A stretch of 64,000 nucleotides of DNA, from positions 6,138,001 to 6,202,000 of the forward strand of contig OX597819.1 of NCBI GenBank assembly GCA_951406725.2, read 5' to 3'. The DNA is from Octopus vulgaris (taxonomy: Eukaryota). A model generated the notes under the pieces. It worked only from the letters and a program-made list of their open reading frames with translations, did not search any database and was not told the DNA's origin. The position numbers and the translations under genes are program-made. Every line of letters starts with the position of its first letter. Position 1 is the first letter of the stretch. This document shows positions 1 through 14,264 of the stretch, one piece after another.

Positions 1-430
1 CACCGGTGTCAATATTAGTTCCAAGCTCAGGGAGGTGAGAGCGTCATGATATCTAGCACAAGCCAAAGACTCCGAAATGTTCAATGCCATTCTCAGCCTA
101 TCTGGTTTTATATCAGAGTGACCTTCTCCTCGAGACATGTTTCAACAGAAGCTTAGGGATGCCTCACTCCCAGGGGTCTTCTAGCACGCCGGACACCATC
201 ACGGAATTTTTGCGTGCCCGTGCTATTGCTAGATATCCGTTGAGCCTGCACTAGGTTCATCCGACCTTTCAACAGGTCTTGTTTTTAATCCTGTTGGGTT
301 TCTAGCCAGCTTCCTCAGTAGGGTAGCCTAGTGGGGTTGCTGGTTAAGTCGCCGACAACCCGACCATGCAACAGGTTGTACTAGATTCTGTTACCAGTAG
401 CACTTATGAGAGCCTCAGAAGTGACCCGGC
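1..430 (-). mobile_element. possible 5' region of a non-LTR retrotransposon (RTE-like), cut by window edge
   Basis: GC-richer block ending abruptly at an (AT)n tract; no recognisable protein motif; assignment is from general resemblance only. Confidence 0.25.
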
Positions 431-457
431 ATACATATATACATGCATACATCATAA

Positions 458-464
<7 letters not shown>

Positions 465-518
<54 letters not shown>
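465..518. repeat. (AT)n microsatellite
   Basis: direct reading. Confidence 0.95.
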
Positions 519-520
<2 letters not shown>

Positions 521-804
521 GGAATTGCCTCGGTTAACAAGGGAAAATGTAGTTTCTTCTTTAATGAGAAAGAAGTCAAAGATTTTGGAGATTGTGTTGG
601 TTGAGGATATGATTACGGAAGGACATTAACTATTATAGTTACTGTGTGAAGGAATTTATTCTCCGCTTACAGTGTTACTGCAACAGAAATGTAAATGCCG
701 AAGGAAATAGAATCCAACGTTAATAAAGATTTTAGGGAAACGAATTGAAATAGTGACAGTGCAGGGGAAAAGATATTTGAATAATTGTTGGTTTTAAGAC
801 TTCT

Positions 805-806
<2 letters not shown>

Positions 807-890
<84 letters not shown>

Positions 891-905
891 AGAGAGAGAG
901 AGAGG
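807..905. repeat. (GA)n microsatellite
   Basis: direct reading; source of the ERERER/LSLSLS ORFs. Confidence 0.95.
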
Positions 906-2091
906 GCGAGAGAAAGATATCATATATAATTAATGCAATGGAAAAGAGAAATTTCGAACAAGAGTAACTGAAAGCCGTTGTTCCTGACATAAAGTTGACA
1001 CATGGAAGTTGCATAAAGCATATATTCTAAGTATAAAAATCAGAATGTAGAGAAGTACAATATTGGCACAAACCATTCGCTAGATGTATGACATGAGTAA
1101 TTTGTTCGAAGCAAGATGTATGTCGTTTTCGTATTATTCCTCTGATCTCGCAAACTGTGTATCAAACCTGCCCAAACATATTTGATATATATACATTCTA
1201 GTCGGCCACCGTAATATAGCTTATCCTTAAACTTTACATTAGACAATGATTTAATCAAGACCTTACTCATATCACAGTAATACTCTGGAACTTCTTTCCT
1301 ACATTTTCCCTACAAGATTTAGCAAGCTGCAGAACTCAGACTAAAAGCCAACCGCATTAATTTTACTATTCGGCTAATATTATGGGTACAGCTTGTACTT
1401 TCTGGACTAAAATACAAAACAAGACACACACCCCCACACACACACGCATACACGCACACACACAGACGCACACACATCACTGTACACGCATATAGTCTGA
1501 ATTTATTAAAAAATCCATATAAGAATATAATTGAAGCTTGCAGCTATATATTCATTCACGTTGAATTTGTTATTATAAAGATAGTTATTTTAATTCAGTG
1601 ATAATTCATATTTGATATTATTTTATACTTTTTAGTGCTATTTTCTGTTGCAATTTTTCACTAATAATCAGAATTTATTTGGGAAACGTGCCAACATTAT
1701 AGATAGCTTGGAAAAAACTATTGAATTTAGAATGCTAATCACTTCATTGCTGATTTCAGGCTTACGCCCAAGAAACAGGGCACTTGTGATAGTTGGAACA
1801 TACTTTCTGCATAAAAGTTTACTATTTTAATGACCAATTTATATTTGATACTTTCTAAAGCATTACCTTAGATATGATGGTGGGAATATTTTCTTAAAGT
1901 GGTCGACAAAGAATTCCCTTTAGATAGAATCAGTTACTTAAGCATATAACTGAACCCCTAAAATTACGCACACACATAAGGGCAAAATCAATCAATGCTT
2001 TAACATTGTATAACACAATCGGTAGCTTGACTTTTATAAATAATTAACATCCATTCTCGATACCTTTGATCCCTTGAGTTCACTAACATAT

Positions 2092-2480
2092 TAGTGGAGG
2101 CGCAATGGCCCAGTGGTTAGGGCAGCAGACTCGCGGTCATAGGATCGCGGTTTCGATTCCCAGACCAGGCGTCGTGAGTGTTTATTGAGCGAAAACACCT
2201 TAAGCTCCACGAGGCTCCGGCAGGGGATGGTGGTGATCGCTGCTGTACTCTTTCACCACAACTTTCTCTCACTCTTACTTCCTGTTTCTGTTGTACCTGT
2301 ATTTCAAAGGGCCGACCTTGTCACTCTCTGTGTCACGCTGAATATCCCCGAGAACTACGTTAAGGGTACACGTGTCTGTGGAGTACTCAGCCACTTACAC
2401 GTTAATTTCACGAGCATGCTGTTCCGTTGATTCGGATCAACCGGAACCCTCGTCGTCGTAACCGACGGAGTGCTTCCATC
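2092..2480 (+). mobile_element. SINE family A (tRNA-Arg(TCG)-like head, ~390 bp, OR1-like)
   Basis: A box TGGCCCAGTGG, B box GGTTTCGATTCCC, TCG anticodon-like loop; TSD CACTAACATAT at 2081-2091 and 2481-2491; near-identical copies elsewhere in window. Confidence 0.92.
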
Positions 2481-3256
2481 CACTAACATATCTCAGCAAT
2501 TGATAATTTCGTTAACAATTAAACTCTGTATTACTAATGAATGAGGTCTACACATTGGTTTGTGAACTAAGATGGTATGCAACTCAATTTCTCCGGAAAG
2601 ACTGAGAAGGAAGGGCAAGACTTAAATTTGCAATGATACGGTTCAGTTAATTGAGGCCTCTCCGCAGACAAAAGCGCAAATACATAACCTCAGAACAAAA
2701 ATAAGCAAGAAATCATTCCAAGTAATAACATCTGAAATTAAATATTTATATCCTAAAGAAAATCGTATTCTGTGTATAAAACCAATTCTTCAATATGTAG
2801 GACAGAACAATACCCCGAAACACATTAAGCGATATGTTTGAAATAAGGCAATATGTTATTTACATAGATGTTAGTCAAGCACACACTCGTACACAGCTAA
2901 TATTACATATACATAATTCGAATATCAAACATATACACAGCACCAAGGATACATAACATAGTAACACACACACACATACCACAGTAAGCTACATACACAA
3001 ACACACATATACTCGTATACACTTACCACATATATATACGTAAACATGTACCACACTTCTTCCTAGAAATAGTCGCGCGCAGATATATATAAACAACTTC
3101 TAGATAAACTTAAACACACAAAATTCACATATCTCTTATTACATGTATGATTTTATTCGACACATACGTACACACATATCGATGTATATTTCTTTGGCTG
3201 TACATTAAATAATTATTTCATTCAAATATGAAATACTCACACATATACATATGCGC

Positions 3257-3392
3257 GTATGTATGTATGTATGTATGTATGTATGTATGTATGTATGTAT
3301 GTATGTATGTATGTATGTATGCATGTATGTATATATGTATGTATGTATTTATGCATGTATGTATGTCTGTATGTATGCATGTATGAATGTAT
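3257..3392. repeat. (GTAT)n microsatellite
   Basis: direct reading. Confidence 0.9.
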
Positions 3393-4309
3393 ACACATTG
3401 AAGTCTAGATTATTATATGTTTTTCACTAAATATTTTCCGTGAGAGTAATTTTCTAATATTTACCCAATTATCTTGGCAATATTTTATTGGTAGCAGATA
3501 AATCAATTTTCTCAACTGTTTTATTTTTACTGAGTAACTTATGAGACTTACTACATACTAATCCTAATAAACAAAACGCTGGAGTAAATACTTAGAATCA
3601 CTCAACAATAATTTAGAAAAAAATTAATTCCAAATATTTTAGATTAACTAAGTAAACACACTCATTGACGCACGCATGCACACACACTCAAACTCACTTT
3701 CTCAAATACACGCACAGATTGTTCCGCTTTCAGACATTCATAAACGGACATAATACAATGTACAAATATAGACACACACACGCACACACATACTCGTATA
3801 GTCAAATATGCATACCAGTGTTTTTATATAATTTGTTGTGAAATGAGATACACAGTGTAGTTCTCTTCATAAAACACACACTTAATCTCGCTGCATAAAC
3901 AAACTGATTACATCACAAGGTTGTTTCTGTTTATTTCTCCACGCTCAGTGAAGCGGGAATCAATCTGGCTTGTTAATAGTATTACCAAAGAAGGATTACT
4001 CTCTTTGGTCCACTTTGCTTCAATTTATTTGTATAGCATGCTAACTTGAACAGCTGAACTGAATTGTCACACTGGCATAAATGTACAAGCACTGACGATG
4101 TAGCTAATTAATTGATTGATTGATTGATTAATTAATGAATTAATCTCTGATAAATGTCTAAGAAGACTAAAAATTAGTCGCATCCTTGAACCATTTTCAT
4201 ATTCATGGAGATATAAATGAGTCTTGTCTAATAACCATTTTGTTGACTTTTCGCAGGGGGACTTATTTTTGTATGTTTATCAATAATGACATACATTTAT
4301 ATTTATATA

Positions 4310-5960
4310 CGTGTGTCATCTGCTAGACTCTCGAGATCATTGAATCTCTCAGGTAAATCTTGCTTTAGCTGTAAATGTCCATGCAGTAGTGATAGTTCCA
4401 GCTACAGAGAAGGCGTTGGAAGGTCGCGTCTGCCAAGATTGCCCTACAGCAGCAAATCTCTACTTTTATCTTCTAAACTCCTTGCCGAGGTATCAGTCTA
4501 CATGTGGCTCTACTATTAAGAAATGTGCTGAGTTTCAGTAACTTACAACCCTGGTGTTCATCGTTAGCTCGCTATTATCAAGAAATCATTATGCTCTTTC
4601 TGTCAGCCTGATAAGTACTGAGGCTACTCTGTTAACCCGTTTCTTCTTTTCTCATACTATAGGCAGAGTTTACCATTGGGGAAAGAGCTAAGATCTGTGA
4701 ATCCAGCGATTACGTTTAGGTTGTAATTATCGACAATACTGGCTAAATGGAAGGAGGGTTAATATGCTCAATGCAGTAATCAAATAATTTTCTTTTCTTC
4801 AGTCTAATGTTCATAAAACGATTCATTTGCTCCTCAGTGTGTGTTACGAGTGTCATACTGTTTGCAAACAATATGTATTGGATGTGTAACAAATGTACTT
4901 TTTTCTCCTCCAGCTTAGCAACTGCAGATTGCCTTCACAGCAGTCTCCTTGTCATATGGGGTGTGAAGATAGATATCATCACTTGGTGTTCTAAAGTCCG
5001 CTTGAGTGTGACCACGAAGACGCCTACATGAGTAGGGGCAACGATACAACCATATTTGAAAACTGTAGGCACATGAAGAAGAGCTATCAAATTGCACGGC
5101 ACCTTTGTGCCTCGGAGAACAACCATTTCTTGCGAGGATTTTGAATAAATCTTCTCACCTCACAAGATTGAATGCCTTTGTGAAAACAACGAAAGCGACG
5201 TAGGATGGTTGTATTTATTTTCTGCCTTTCTTATAGTTATTGAGAAACAATATCAGTGATAGACCTTTCTGATCTGAAACCACACTGAAGCACGAGATAT
5301 AGCTTTCTGGCAATTGTTTGTTCAGAACTATACACTTAAGATTTTCTCAACTATGTTCCGCAAAATGATACTGCTGTAGACATATATTTCTTCTTTGGAC
5401 TTGTTATAGAGTGACAATGTTCAGTTTTAGCTCTGTTATTGTACCGGTTCTTCTTTCTTGTACTGATGCAGTACTTTTTACAAGTGACTTAACAGGAAAT
5501 TCTTAGTATAAATGATAACTTTTGGTGGAATGCCATTGCATCCTAGGATTTTGCCAGTGGAAAAAACTATCCATAACTTTTCTGAGCTCTTCGACAATCG
5601 GCAATGGATCATATTTTTCCATGGCAGGAAAGCGTTCCACTGAATCTAGCGCGTTGAGGGGAATAGCATCTTCCCTGAAAAAGAGCAGCAGTAGTACGTC
5701 ACTCAACTTTTCATATGTTTGCCTTTGTCGGGGATGATCTCGCCTGCTTTGATTTTCGGTGATGCTGTGTCACACGACTTGAGCTGGTGACCGTATTAAT
5801 CGCCTCTTATACCTGGCGGATGTGGCCTGTTTGAAATAAAACCTTACTCTCCTTAGCGCTTGCTGGTTGATTGAGCCCTTGTATTGTAGTTGTGCAGCAC
5901 ACTTTACATTCAGGATTGCGGTCAAATTTTAAATTTCTTGCGCCCACATGCCAATTCCGT
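4310..5960 (-). mobile_element. decayed RTE-clade LINE, RT region
   Basis: minus-strand remnants QCGFRSERSITDIV, YVAFVVFTKAF, KYGCIVAPTH (QGCVLAPT-like), ILFANSMTLVTHTEEQM (FADD-like); many stops and frameshifts. Confidence 0.8.
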
Positions 5961-7309
5961 ATCTTGCTCCATTTCTTCTTAAAGAAATTAAGATAAATCA
6001 GCATTAAATTTAGTGGTTTTGTAAATAAAGCTTCGTACGATTGTTTTCTGCCAGTGAGGTGTTTGTTTGTGTAGAAACAATTCAAAGAATTTATTATCTA
6101 TTAATTAATTATGTTCTAGCACTGTTATGCAAAATAAGCAGACCAGTTTTGGCGAGTCCGAAATTATACAAACTAGAAATAAATTTGAGCTACTTAACTA
6201 TAGATGGATAGAAGATCATGGAAGGTTGGCATTAATTAGTTAATTGTCAACGTTGCCAAGAAAAGTTCTATTGCACAAATGAAACTGATTTAGCAAATTC
6301 TTAATACACTTCAGCAGTAGATATTAACGTTGTTAAAGCGGTCGATAGAATAACTTTCAGTATTTGTTCCAGCTCTCTGGAAATGTTTTGCCTATGTTGA
6401 AATAAAATGTTTATGGTGTAATCACTTTGCTTACTTTAAAACAAATTTTATATCTTGCAGCATATTTCAAATTATCTGAAGCATGTTCTGTAGTACATAA
6501 TTAGTTAACTAAATACGTTTTCAGTTTATAGTCATATGATACAAATTTTTCCATGGATAAAAACGGGTATTTTTCTCTGATGAAAGTTTCTGAAGACTAG
6601 AAACAAGTAATTTTCCTTCTCAGAAGGAGATAAAACCACTCTCGAGTGCATCCTCTAATTTTGAATTTTGAAGTGAGGCTAAAATTGCGTTTTCAAAATT
6701 AAATTGCCAATTGATTCTTTTATTACAAGTTGTAAAGTATTTTATATTTATTCAATCGAAGTATTTTGCCAATACTCTCAGTTTTCCTATAATTCAATCA
6801 CATAAACTAACATATGGTGCTATACAAAACGTTTCTTTATACTAAACAGTAACATTATCTCACCTGTAGTTTTGGCTAACCTATACGACATTAGTGACGG
6901 TTAAGGAACAGCAACACACGGGAGAAAAAGCATTTTTTTGTTTCAGAGATGTATCGTTGACTTTGAAGATAACATTATAGGAGCAAAAATTAATTCTGCG
7001 CGATCTCATTGTGAAAGTGAATGTAATTAGATTAATTTTAACTTGATTTTATATGCCCGATCTTTTGTTGCTTAATTATCCACCAATGAGTAGGTTGTGG
7101 GTTCATCTCTCTGGGATTGATTTCTTTCTCTCATCCGTCTTTCAAAACTTTTAGTCATATATTTCGGAAGGAACGTTTTCTTACACTTATTCGGAACATA
7201 AAGGAATGCATGACTGATGTAAATCTAGCCTCAAGGTATTTTCAGCCAACCCGGTAGACTATTTACTCTTCTGTCTCCCTATTCTACATCTACACTATAT
7301 AACATAATA

Positions 7310-7730
7310 AGCGCAGGAGTGGATGCGTGGTAAGTAGTTTGCTAACCAACCACAAGGTTCCGAGTTCAGTCCCACTGCGTGGCATCTTGGGCAAGTGTCT
7401 TCTGCTATAGCCCCGGGCCGACCAATGCCTTGTGAGTGGATTTGGTAGACGGAAACTGAAAGAAGCCTGTCGTATATATGTATGAGTGTGTGTGTGTTTG
7501 TGTGTCTGTGTTTGTCCCCTCCCCCAACATCGCTTGACAACCGATGCTGGTGTGTTTACGTCCCCGTCACTTAGCGGTTCGGCAAAAGAGACCGATAGAA
7601 TAAGTACTGAGCTTACAAAAGAATAAGTCCTGGGGTCGATTTGCTAGACTAAAGGTGGTGCTCCAGCATGGCCGCAGTCAAATGACTGAAACAAGTAAAA
7701 GAGTAAAGGAGTAAAAGAGTAAAGAGAGTA
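7310..7730 (+). mobile_element. SINE family B (tRNA-like head, internal AT/GT microsatellite, (GAGTAAAA)n tail)
   Basis: GCGCAGGAGTGG head, B box GTTCAGTCCC, tail repeats; 11 copies in window. Confidence 0.9.
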
Positions 7731-7998
7731 ACATTTCCATTTATAGGCATTTTCAATTGAATATATCTACTAAATTAAAGTCAGTTAGGGATGTTTGTTG
7801 CGTTTATGTTTAAATATGTTTAATCCTTTGATCCCTATGCAATCATAACTGGCATCAAAACAGGTTTTATGGAGATCTTGTAATATTTGCACGAAGCGGA
7901 GAAATGCTCATTAATTAGCAGAAAAACAGAGCTAATTTAAATGAGACTTCTTGAATATTTCCCTGTTCAATGGTTTAGGTATACGCTTCCTGTTGTCA

Positions 7999-8385
7999 GT
8001 TGTGGAGGCGCAATGGCCCAGTGGTTAGGGCAGCGGACTCGCGGTCATAGGATCGCGGTTTCGATTCCCAGACCGGGCGTTGTGAGTGTTTATTGAGCGA
8101 AAACACCTAAAGCTTCACGAGGCTCCGGCAGGGGATGGTGGTGATCCCTGCTGTACTCTTTCACCACAACTTTCTCTCACTCTTACTTCCTGTTTCTGTT
8201 GTACCTGTATTTCAAGGGGCCGGCCTTGTCACTCTCTGTGTCACGCTGAATATCCCCGAGAACTACGTTAAGGGTACACGTGTCTGTGGAGTGCTCAGCC
8301 ACTTACACGTTAATTTCACGAGCAGGCTGTTCCGTTGATTCGGATCAACCGGAACCCTCGTCGTCGTAACCGACGGAGTGCTTCC
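7999..8385 (+). mobile_element. SINE family A
   Basis: full length; TSD ATACGCTTCC(T/A)GTTGTCA at 7981-7998 and 8386-8403. Confidence 0.92.
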
Positions 8386-8624
8386 ATACGCTTCCAGTTG
8401 TCAATAATACGCTGTAGTGGGCGGGTAATTTAGAGCTCTTGTACACTCATGAACGCACACGCACGTAATACATAAATACAAACATATATACATATACACA
8501 TATATCTGAATGTATGTAAATGTATAATTTCATAGTTGGATTAACGTAATGATGTTGTTCATTAGTTTTTGGCGAATTGTTGTATTTATCGCATCTTTTT
8601 AATTAAATTAGTTAAAAGTTTAAA

Positions 8625-8834
8625 TACTCTCTTTTACTCTTTTACTTGTTTCAGTCATTTGACTGCGGCCATGCTGGAGCACCGCCTTTAGTCGAGCAAA
8701 TCGACCCCGGGACTTATTCTTTGTAAGACCAGTACTTATTCTATCGGTCTCTTTTGCCGAACCGCTAGGTGACGGGGACGTAAACACATCAGCATCGGTT
8801 GTCAAGCGATGCTAGGGGGACAAACACAGGCACA

Positions 8835-8874
<40 letters not shown>

Positions 8875-9060
8875 TATATACATATATACATGTATACGAC
8901 AGGCTCCTTTGAGTTTCCGTCTACCAAATCCACTCACAAGGCATTGGTCGGCCCGGGGCTATACCAGAAGACACTTGCCCAAGATGCCACGCAGTGGGAC
9001 TGAACCCGGAACCATGTGGTTGGTTAGCAAGCTACTTACCACACAACCACTCCTGCGCCT
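8625..9060 (-). mobile_element. SINE family B
   Basis: reverse complement of the 7310-7730 family sequence. Confidence 0.9.
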
Positions 9061-9842
9061 CTAAGAAAAATGTTTATTTTTCTTAGATTTGCATGACATG
9101 CTAAACCGTATTATGCAATGTTTCTGTCCAACCTGTGTATAAAGTCCTTGCCTAGTGAATTTGTTCAGTCTTTTTAGTGAGATTAGTATATAAGCCGAAT
9201 AACTGTTCCATCATAATTACCTATGGTTCACCTTAAATTAATTTTTGTCTTACTCAAATGAGAAGAAACTACTATAAAGTACAGATTTTCTTATCTTTAT
9301 TATAGATATAAATGTGGGTTATGTCAGTCTTATGCTTTTCAAAATTGTAGAATATCGAATTGGGTAAATCTAAGAGTTGCATTTAATTTCGATGATAGAT
9401 TACTTAGTGACCCTCTCGAGTTCCATTCTGTTACACGTCTTATCGATCGTAGTTTTGTATTTAAAGAACCTAAAATGTGCTTTACAGCCATCCACATTCA
9501 ATATTCTGTAAATTGCATTAGCTGCTAATTTTCCGTACGGTCATTTACAGTTATGTAAGGTCAACGTGAATTAGGGCAACTCCCTCGGTAATTATGTTCT
9601 ATACAACATGACTCGCTTTCTAGTACATTTCCGTCTCATTATTTGAAAATAATCTATTGCAAGCACTGCTATTTGGTGAATAATTGTTTTTCTGATTTTT
9701 GTCGGCTTTCGCGTATATATTGATTACTTTAAGCGGAGTAATAAATTCTTGTTTTGTTCTGTTTTGGATGGTTCGGATATAATTAGTAAATCTTACGGTT
9801 TAGTACCTTAATGAAAACCGTTTCAAAATTTCCCACATCCAA

Positions 9843-9977
9843 TGTGTGCGTGTGTGTGTGTGTGTGCGTGTGTGTGTGTGTGTGCGTGTGTGTGTGTGTG
9901 TGCGTGTGTGTGCTCGCATGTGTATGTTTGCGTATGTGCGCGTGCGCGTGCGTGCGTGCGTGCGTGTGTGTGTGTGC
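9843..9977. repeat. (GT)n/(GCGT)n compound microsatellite
   Basis: direct reading. Confidence 0.9.
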
Positions 9978-10244
9978 ATGTTTGTCCCCGTTCTGAAGCC
10001 AAATTTACCACCTGAAGTGATATTGTTAGTATGTTTGTTGCAGAAGTAATCCATTTATTCAATTCATCTCAGTACGTCTTCATCATCCCCTATTAAGCAT
10101 TTAAAATGCAGCTTGTATGAAATCGTGAGCGGACTATACGAGATTATTCTATAACTTACCTTGCTTTATGATCTCAATTCAATCAACTGGGGTAAAATGA
10201 AATGGCACTACTTATGCGTGACACGCGTGTTGTGAATATATATA

Positions 10245-10470
10245 TATTTCTTTACTGCCCACAAGGGGCTAAACACAGAGGGGACAAACAAGGACAGACA
10301 AAGGGATTAAGTCGATTACATCGACTCCAGTGCGTAACTGGTACTTAATTTATTGACCCTGAAAGGATGAAAGGTAAAGTCGACCTCGGTGGAATTTGAA
10401 CTCAGAACGTAACGACAGACGAAATACGGCTACGCATTTCGCCCGGCGCGCTAACGTTTCTGCCAGCTCG
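10245..10470 (-). mobile_element. SINE family C (central GCCTTTCATCCTTTCGGGGTCGATAAA..GTACCAG domain, Nin/Deu-like)
   Basis: reverse complement of the 22463-22694 copy; domain naming is from recall. Confidence 0.85.
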
Positions 10471-10779
10471 TGTGTATGTGTGTGCATGTATGCGGGCGTG
10501 TGAGTGTGTGTGTATGCATCCCGTAGTCTGTGACTTAGAAAAAAATATCAGCCTAAACTCTTCTTTAATATTCTAAAGTCAAATTTCCCGTCCTATCATG
10601 TACCACTCTATATTGAACACTTCCCTTATAGGTTCTGTTACTCTCCTACCCCTAATCACGGTTTCTAACTGACAAAAACTAAGCTTCATCCTTACATGCT
10701 TTGGAGTATCTTATAACAGTAATTCTACGAACACTGAATATAGTAATTGTAACAATGATATTAATGTTGTTCTTCGTTT

Positions 10780-11510
10780 TAAACATTGGCACAAGAACAG
10801 CAATTTAGGGAAAGGGGCTAAGTTTATTAGATCGGCCCAATTACTCAAGTGGTACTTATTTTATTGGCCCCGAAATGATGAAAAGCAAAGTTCACCTCGG
10901 CCGATTTTGAATTCAGGAAGTAAAGATGGACGAAATGCCACGAAGCATTTCGCCCGTCGTGCTAACGGTTTGCCAGCTCACCGCCTTAGCTCACCGCCTT
11001 AGCTCACTTTCTAATATTGATATCAAATTTCGGCACAAAACCAGCAGGTTCGAGGAAGAAAGCAAGACGTTTGCATCGATCCCTGGACTTAACTGGTACT
11101 CATTTTATCGACTCCGAAAGGATGAAAGGTAAAGTCGGCCTCGGCGGAATTTGAGCTCAGAACGATGAGACGGCGAAATGCCGCTAAGCATTTCGTTCGT
11201 TGTGCTAACGATTCTGCCATCTCGTCGCCTTCTCCTACTTTCTAATATTACATGCAAATTTCAAATTCCGCCGAGGTCGAGTTTGCTTTCCACCCTCTCG
11301 GGGTCGATAAAATAAATATCAGTTGACCAATGAAGTTAATATAATCGTCTACTCGCAACCCGAAAGTTGCTGACCTTGTGCCAAAAAATTGAAACGAAAA
11401 GTACAACAAATTTAAAGCGATAAAATACGTACCAGTTGAGCATTGCGTTCGATGAATTTGACTTAATGCCTCCCTTGAAATTGCTGTGCCAAAATTTGAA
11501 ACTAATGATA
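10780..11510. mobile_element. cluster of older SINE C remnants in both orientations
   Basis: minus copies at ~10785-10990 and ~11030-11231; plus fragments at ~11258-11400 and ~11420-11510; alternative tail. Confidence 0.75.
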
Positions 11511-12229
11511 TACGTAAATCTCATGCATTATTTCTAAAATATCATCTATAACAGCAAGGTTTAAAAAAATTACCTATAATATTGGAACTGAAAGACCTGG
11601 TCGCGGTGTCTTGATATCCGTGCAACAGTAAATCTCTGGAAACATGATTTTCAACCTAACGCGTAGCTAGATGTGATTACAATCTTTACCCCTTATTTTT
11701 TCGAGTGATTAATACGCTCCAAAACTCCTTAGAAACAATTCATCTATATTTCAACCGAACATCCGCATCCAAGCTATTTATATCTGTTTTATGTATATAA
11801 TTTAGGCTTAATTAGAATTTCGATATACTTTTATTCGTAGGACAGTTCAAAGTATTTTAAATTCTCTTTATATTTGTGTAATATTCATGCTTGTCCCTCT
11901 TCCTATTTTCGCACTTTTACTTTTTATTTTGCTTATTCTCCTTCATTTTCTCTCTATTTTATTATTTTCTTGTTTCTCACTGATTAATATTCTAGCTTCC
12001 TTCCTATCGCGTCTCCTGCCACTATTAAAACAAAAGCGACTTGCCACCCACTTTGAAAGGGATGCCTGGATTGCTTATTTATTTCTTTTATGAATTCTAT
12101 AAACATTTTCTCCTGAGACTTTGACTTAATGCCTTGGTTAGTCTGAATTTAATCTTTTCTCTACTTTTCGTTCTCGTTCCCCACCCCCTTCCCTATTCTT
12201 CATCACAAACAGTGAGCATAAAATCAGTC

Positions 12230-12920
12230 GGCTGATATTTGCAGATGACATGGTGCTTCTCGGCACACGAGAAGCTGATGTTCAGAAAATGGGTTAGCTG
12301 TCGAGTGCCGTGCACTCTCTTTGTCTGTAGAATTACTAAGACAAATAGAGACATTGAAGTATCTCAGGGCTATATTTACGGATGACATTGCATTCGATGA
12401 ATTTGATTAGAGGGGGATTAGAGGCTGGAACTGGCTGCTAGGATTGCAGTTGCTAGCACAATAATGCACCACCTCCAGCATTCGATCATCAGAAGTGTAG
12501 ATGTTGGTAAAAACGCAAAACTCGCTATCCTCCCCTCTGGTCATAACTGTTGGGTAATGATCGACAGAGTACGATCGCAAAAACAAGTAGCCAAAATGGG
12601 ATCCCTCCGAAGAATCCTTTGGAGTACCGCTACTCAACAGGATGCGTAGCTTGGGTATGAGAGTGTCTCTCGCGGTTGAGTTGCTACGTCTCCATATTGA
12701 GAGGTTACAGCTTCGGTACTACAGTCATAGAAATTGGAATGTGTTGGAAACACTCGTAAGACATATTTTCGAAGCTGAACCAATCCGAAGAGCTCAGGAC
12801 AGACAAAGAACGACGTGACTGGATAATATCCATTGCAACAGTTGATAACGCTTGGGAATTCAGCCAGAAAGTTTAAAGACGGTTGCTTGTGATAGGGCAC
12901 AATGGAGGGAATGTCATGGA
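12230..12920 (+). mobile_element. decayed RTE-group (Rex3/Expander-like) LINE, RT and C-terminal part
   Basis: LIFADDMVLL, KYLRAIFTDD, GHNCWVMIDRVRSQKQVAKMGSLRRIL remnants. Confidence 0.75.
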
Positions 12921-13382
12921 TGGCGGAGAAGATAGTTGGATGGATCTTTCTTCTTTTCTCTCCTTTCCTAACTTGCCTTATATATTATCGCTATATATCT
13001 TACAACCTTTATTCTTATCCGTTTTCCTACCTCACCAGTTTAAGTTCTTTTCCGGTTCCTTTATTATCTCGTCACTCTTAAATGCCAATGTGTGACGAGA
13101 TGAATCGAAGATTTCCCGCGCTTTCTGAAGAAAAAAATTCAGAAATTTTGCACTTCTGCTTTATGTTCATGTGTTCATACTGAGTTCTATTTGCTTCATG
13201 TTTATTATTACATCAGCAAGCACACCCTTTTGTGTAAAACATATGATTGCATTACCCAGTTACTGAATCTTCGAAACATATCTAATGAATATAGCTGTGT
13301 GTGAATATAGTTATACCTCGCTTATAAAGTATGTATATATCACATCTACTATAAATGCGTAGGTATACAACTATATGTATAA

Positions 13383-13384
<2 letters not shown>

Positions 13385-13456
<72 letters not shown>
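13385..13456. repeat. (AT)n microsatellite
   Basis: direct reading. Confidence 0.95.
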
Positions 13457-13458
<2 letters not shown>

Positions 13459-13549
13459 CGATTCGATTCGTTGTTTTCGTTTCGTTTCCTCTTCTTCTCT
13501 AAGCTGGTTTATATATATATATATTATATATATATATATATATACGTTT

Positions 13550-13816
13550 AAATATTTGTTGTGCAAGAATTTTTATGTGAAGTCGTGTGTTGAAACAGAT
13601 ATTGTTATATTTCGGAATGGTCATATTGCCAGTTTAGCCAATAAAGAAGAAAACAAAGGACCACTGATGCGGTCACAGGAGTGTGACGAAAGAACTCTGT
13701 CCGAAATAAGATTAAGATTAATGTAAAAAATAAATAACACTGAAGCAAAGTAACACCAAATATATAGTGCGTGTGTTTTTATTGGCTAAACTGGCAATAT
13801 GACCATTCCGAAATAT

Positions 13817-13824
<8 letters not shown>
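13550..13824. mobile_element. Penelope-like terminal-repeat remnant with 47-bp inverted repeat and hammerhead-like core
   Basis: perfect inverted repeat 13599-13645/13778-13824; CTGATG..stem..GAAA motif at 13658-13702; flanked by (AT)n. Confidence 0.55.
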
Positions 13825-13867
<43 letters not shown>

Positions 13868-14215
13868 ATATATGCAGTCGAGTACTTAACAATGAAGTAG
13901 CTGTTTCAGGGTAATTACCTAAGTTTCCCGTTGACTGTTATTTTGAGGTAGCAGTTCGGCTAGCCATTGCATAGCGTAAACAAATAGTTGAAAGCAGAAA
14001 ACTCTATACATAAAAAAACTGCGCGTTGCATAAGTTGCATACGAGTTGCTAAAATGTCTTTCTTGACGATTACTGATAAGCAAATATATTGGGCTTTGTT
14101 AAACGGAATAAAAGCAGTTTATATTTGTGCTAGCGAACAACTGATGGCAAATATCCCAATGCTTTTCTATTTCAGATTTTTAAGGAAAACATTCCTACAT
14201 ATTGTACATTCTGCT

Positions 14216-14264
<49 letters not shown>

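Noticed and set aside
2178-2430. Recurrent ORFs MFIERKHLKL... and ...LLSVSVYQIHSQG... appearing many times
   Set aside because: They recur only because they lie within SINE A and SINE B copies; there is no coding signature.
8002-8080. tRNA-Arg(TCG)-like gene
   Set aside because: It is the head of a TSD-flanked SINE with an imperfect cloverleaf, not a standalone tRNA.
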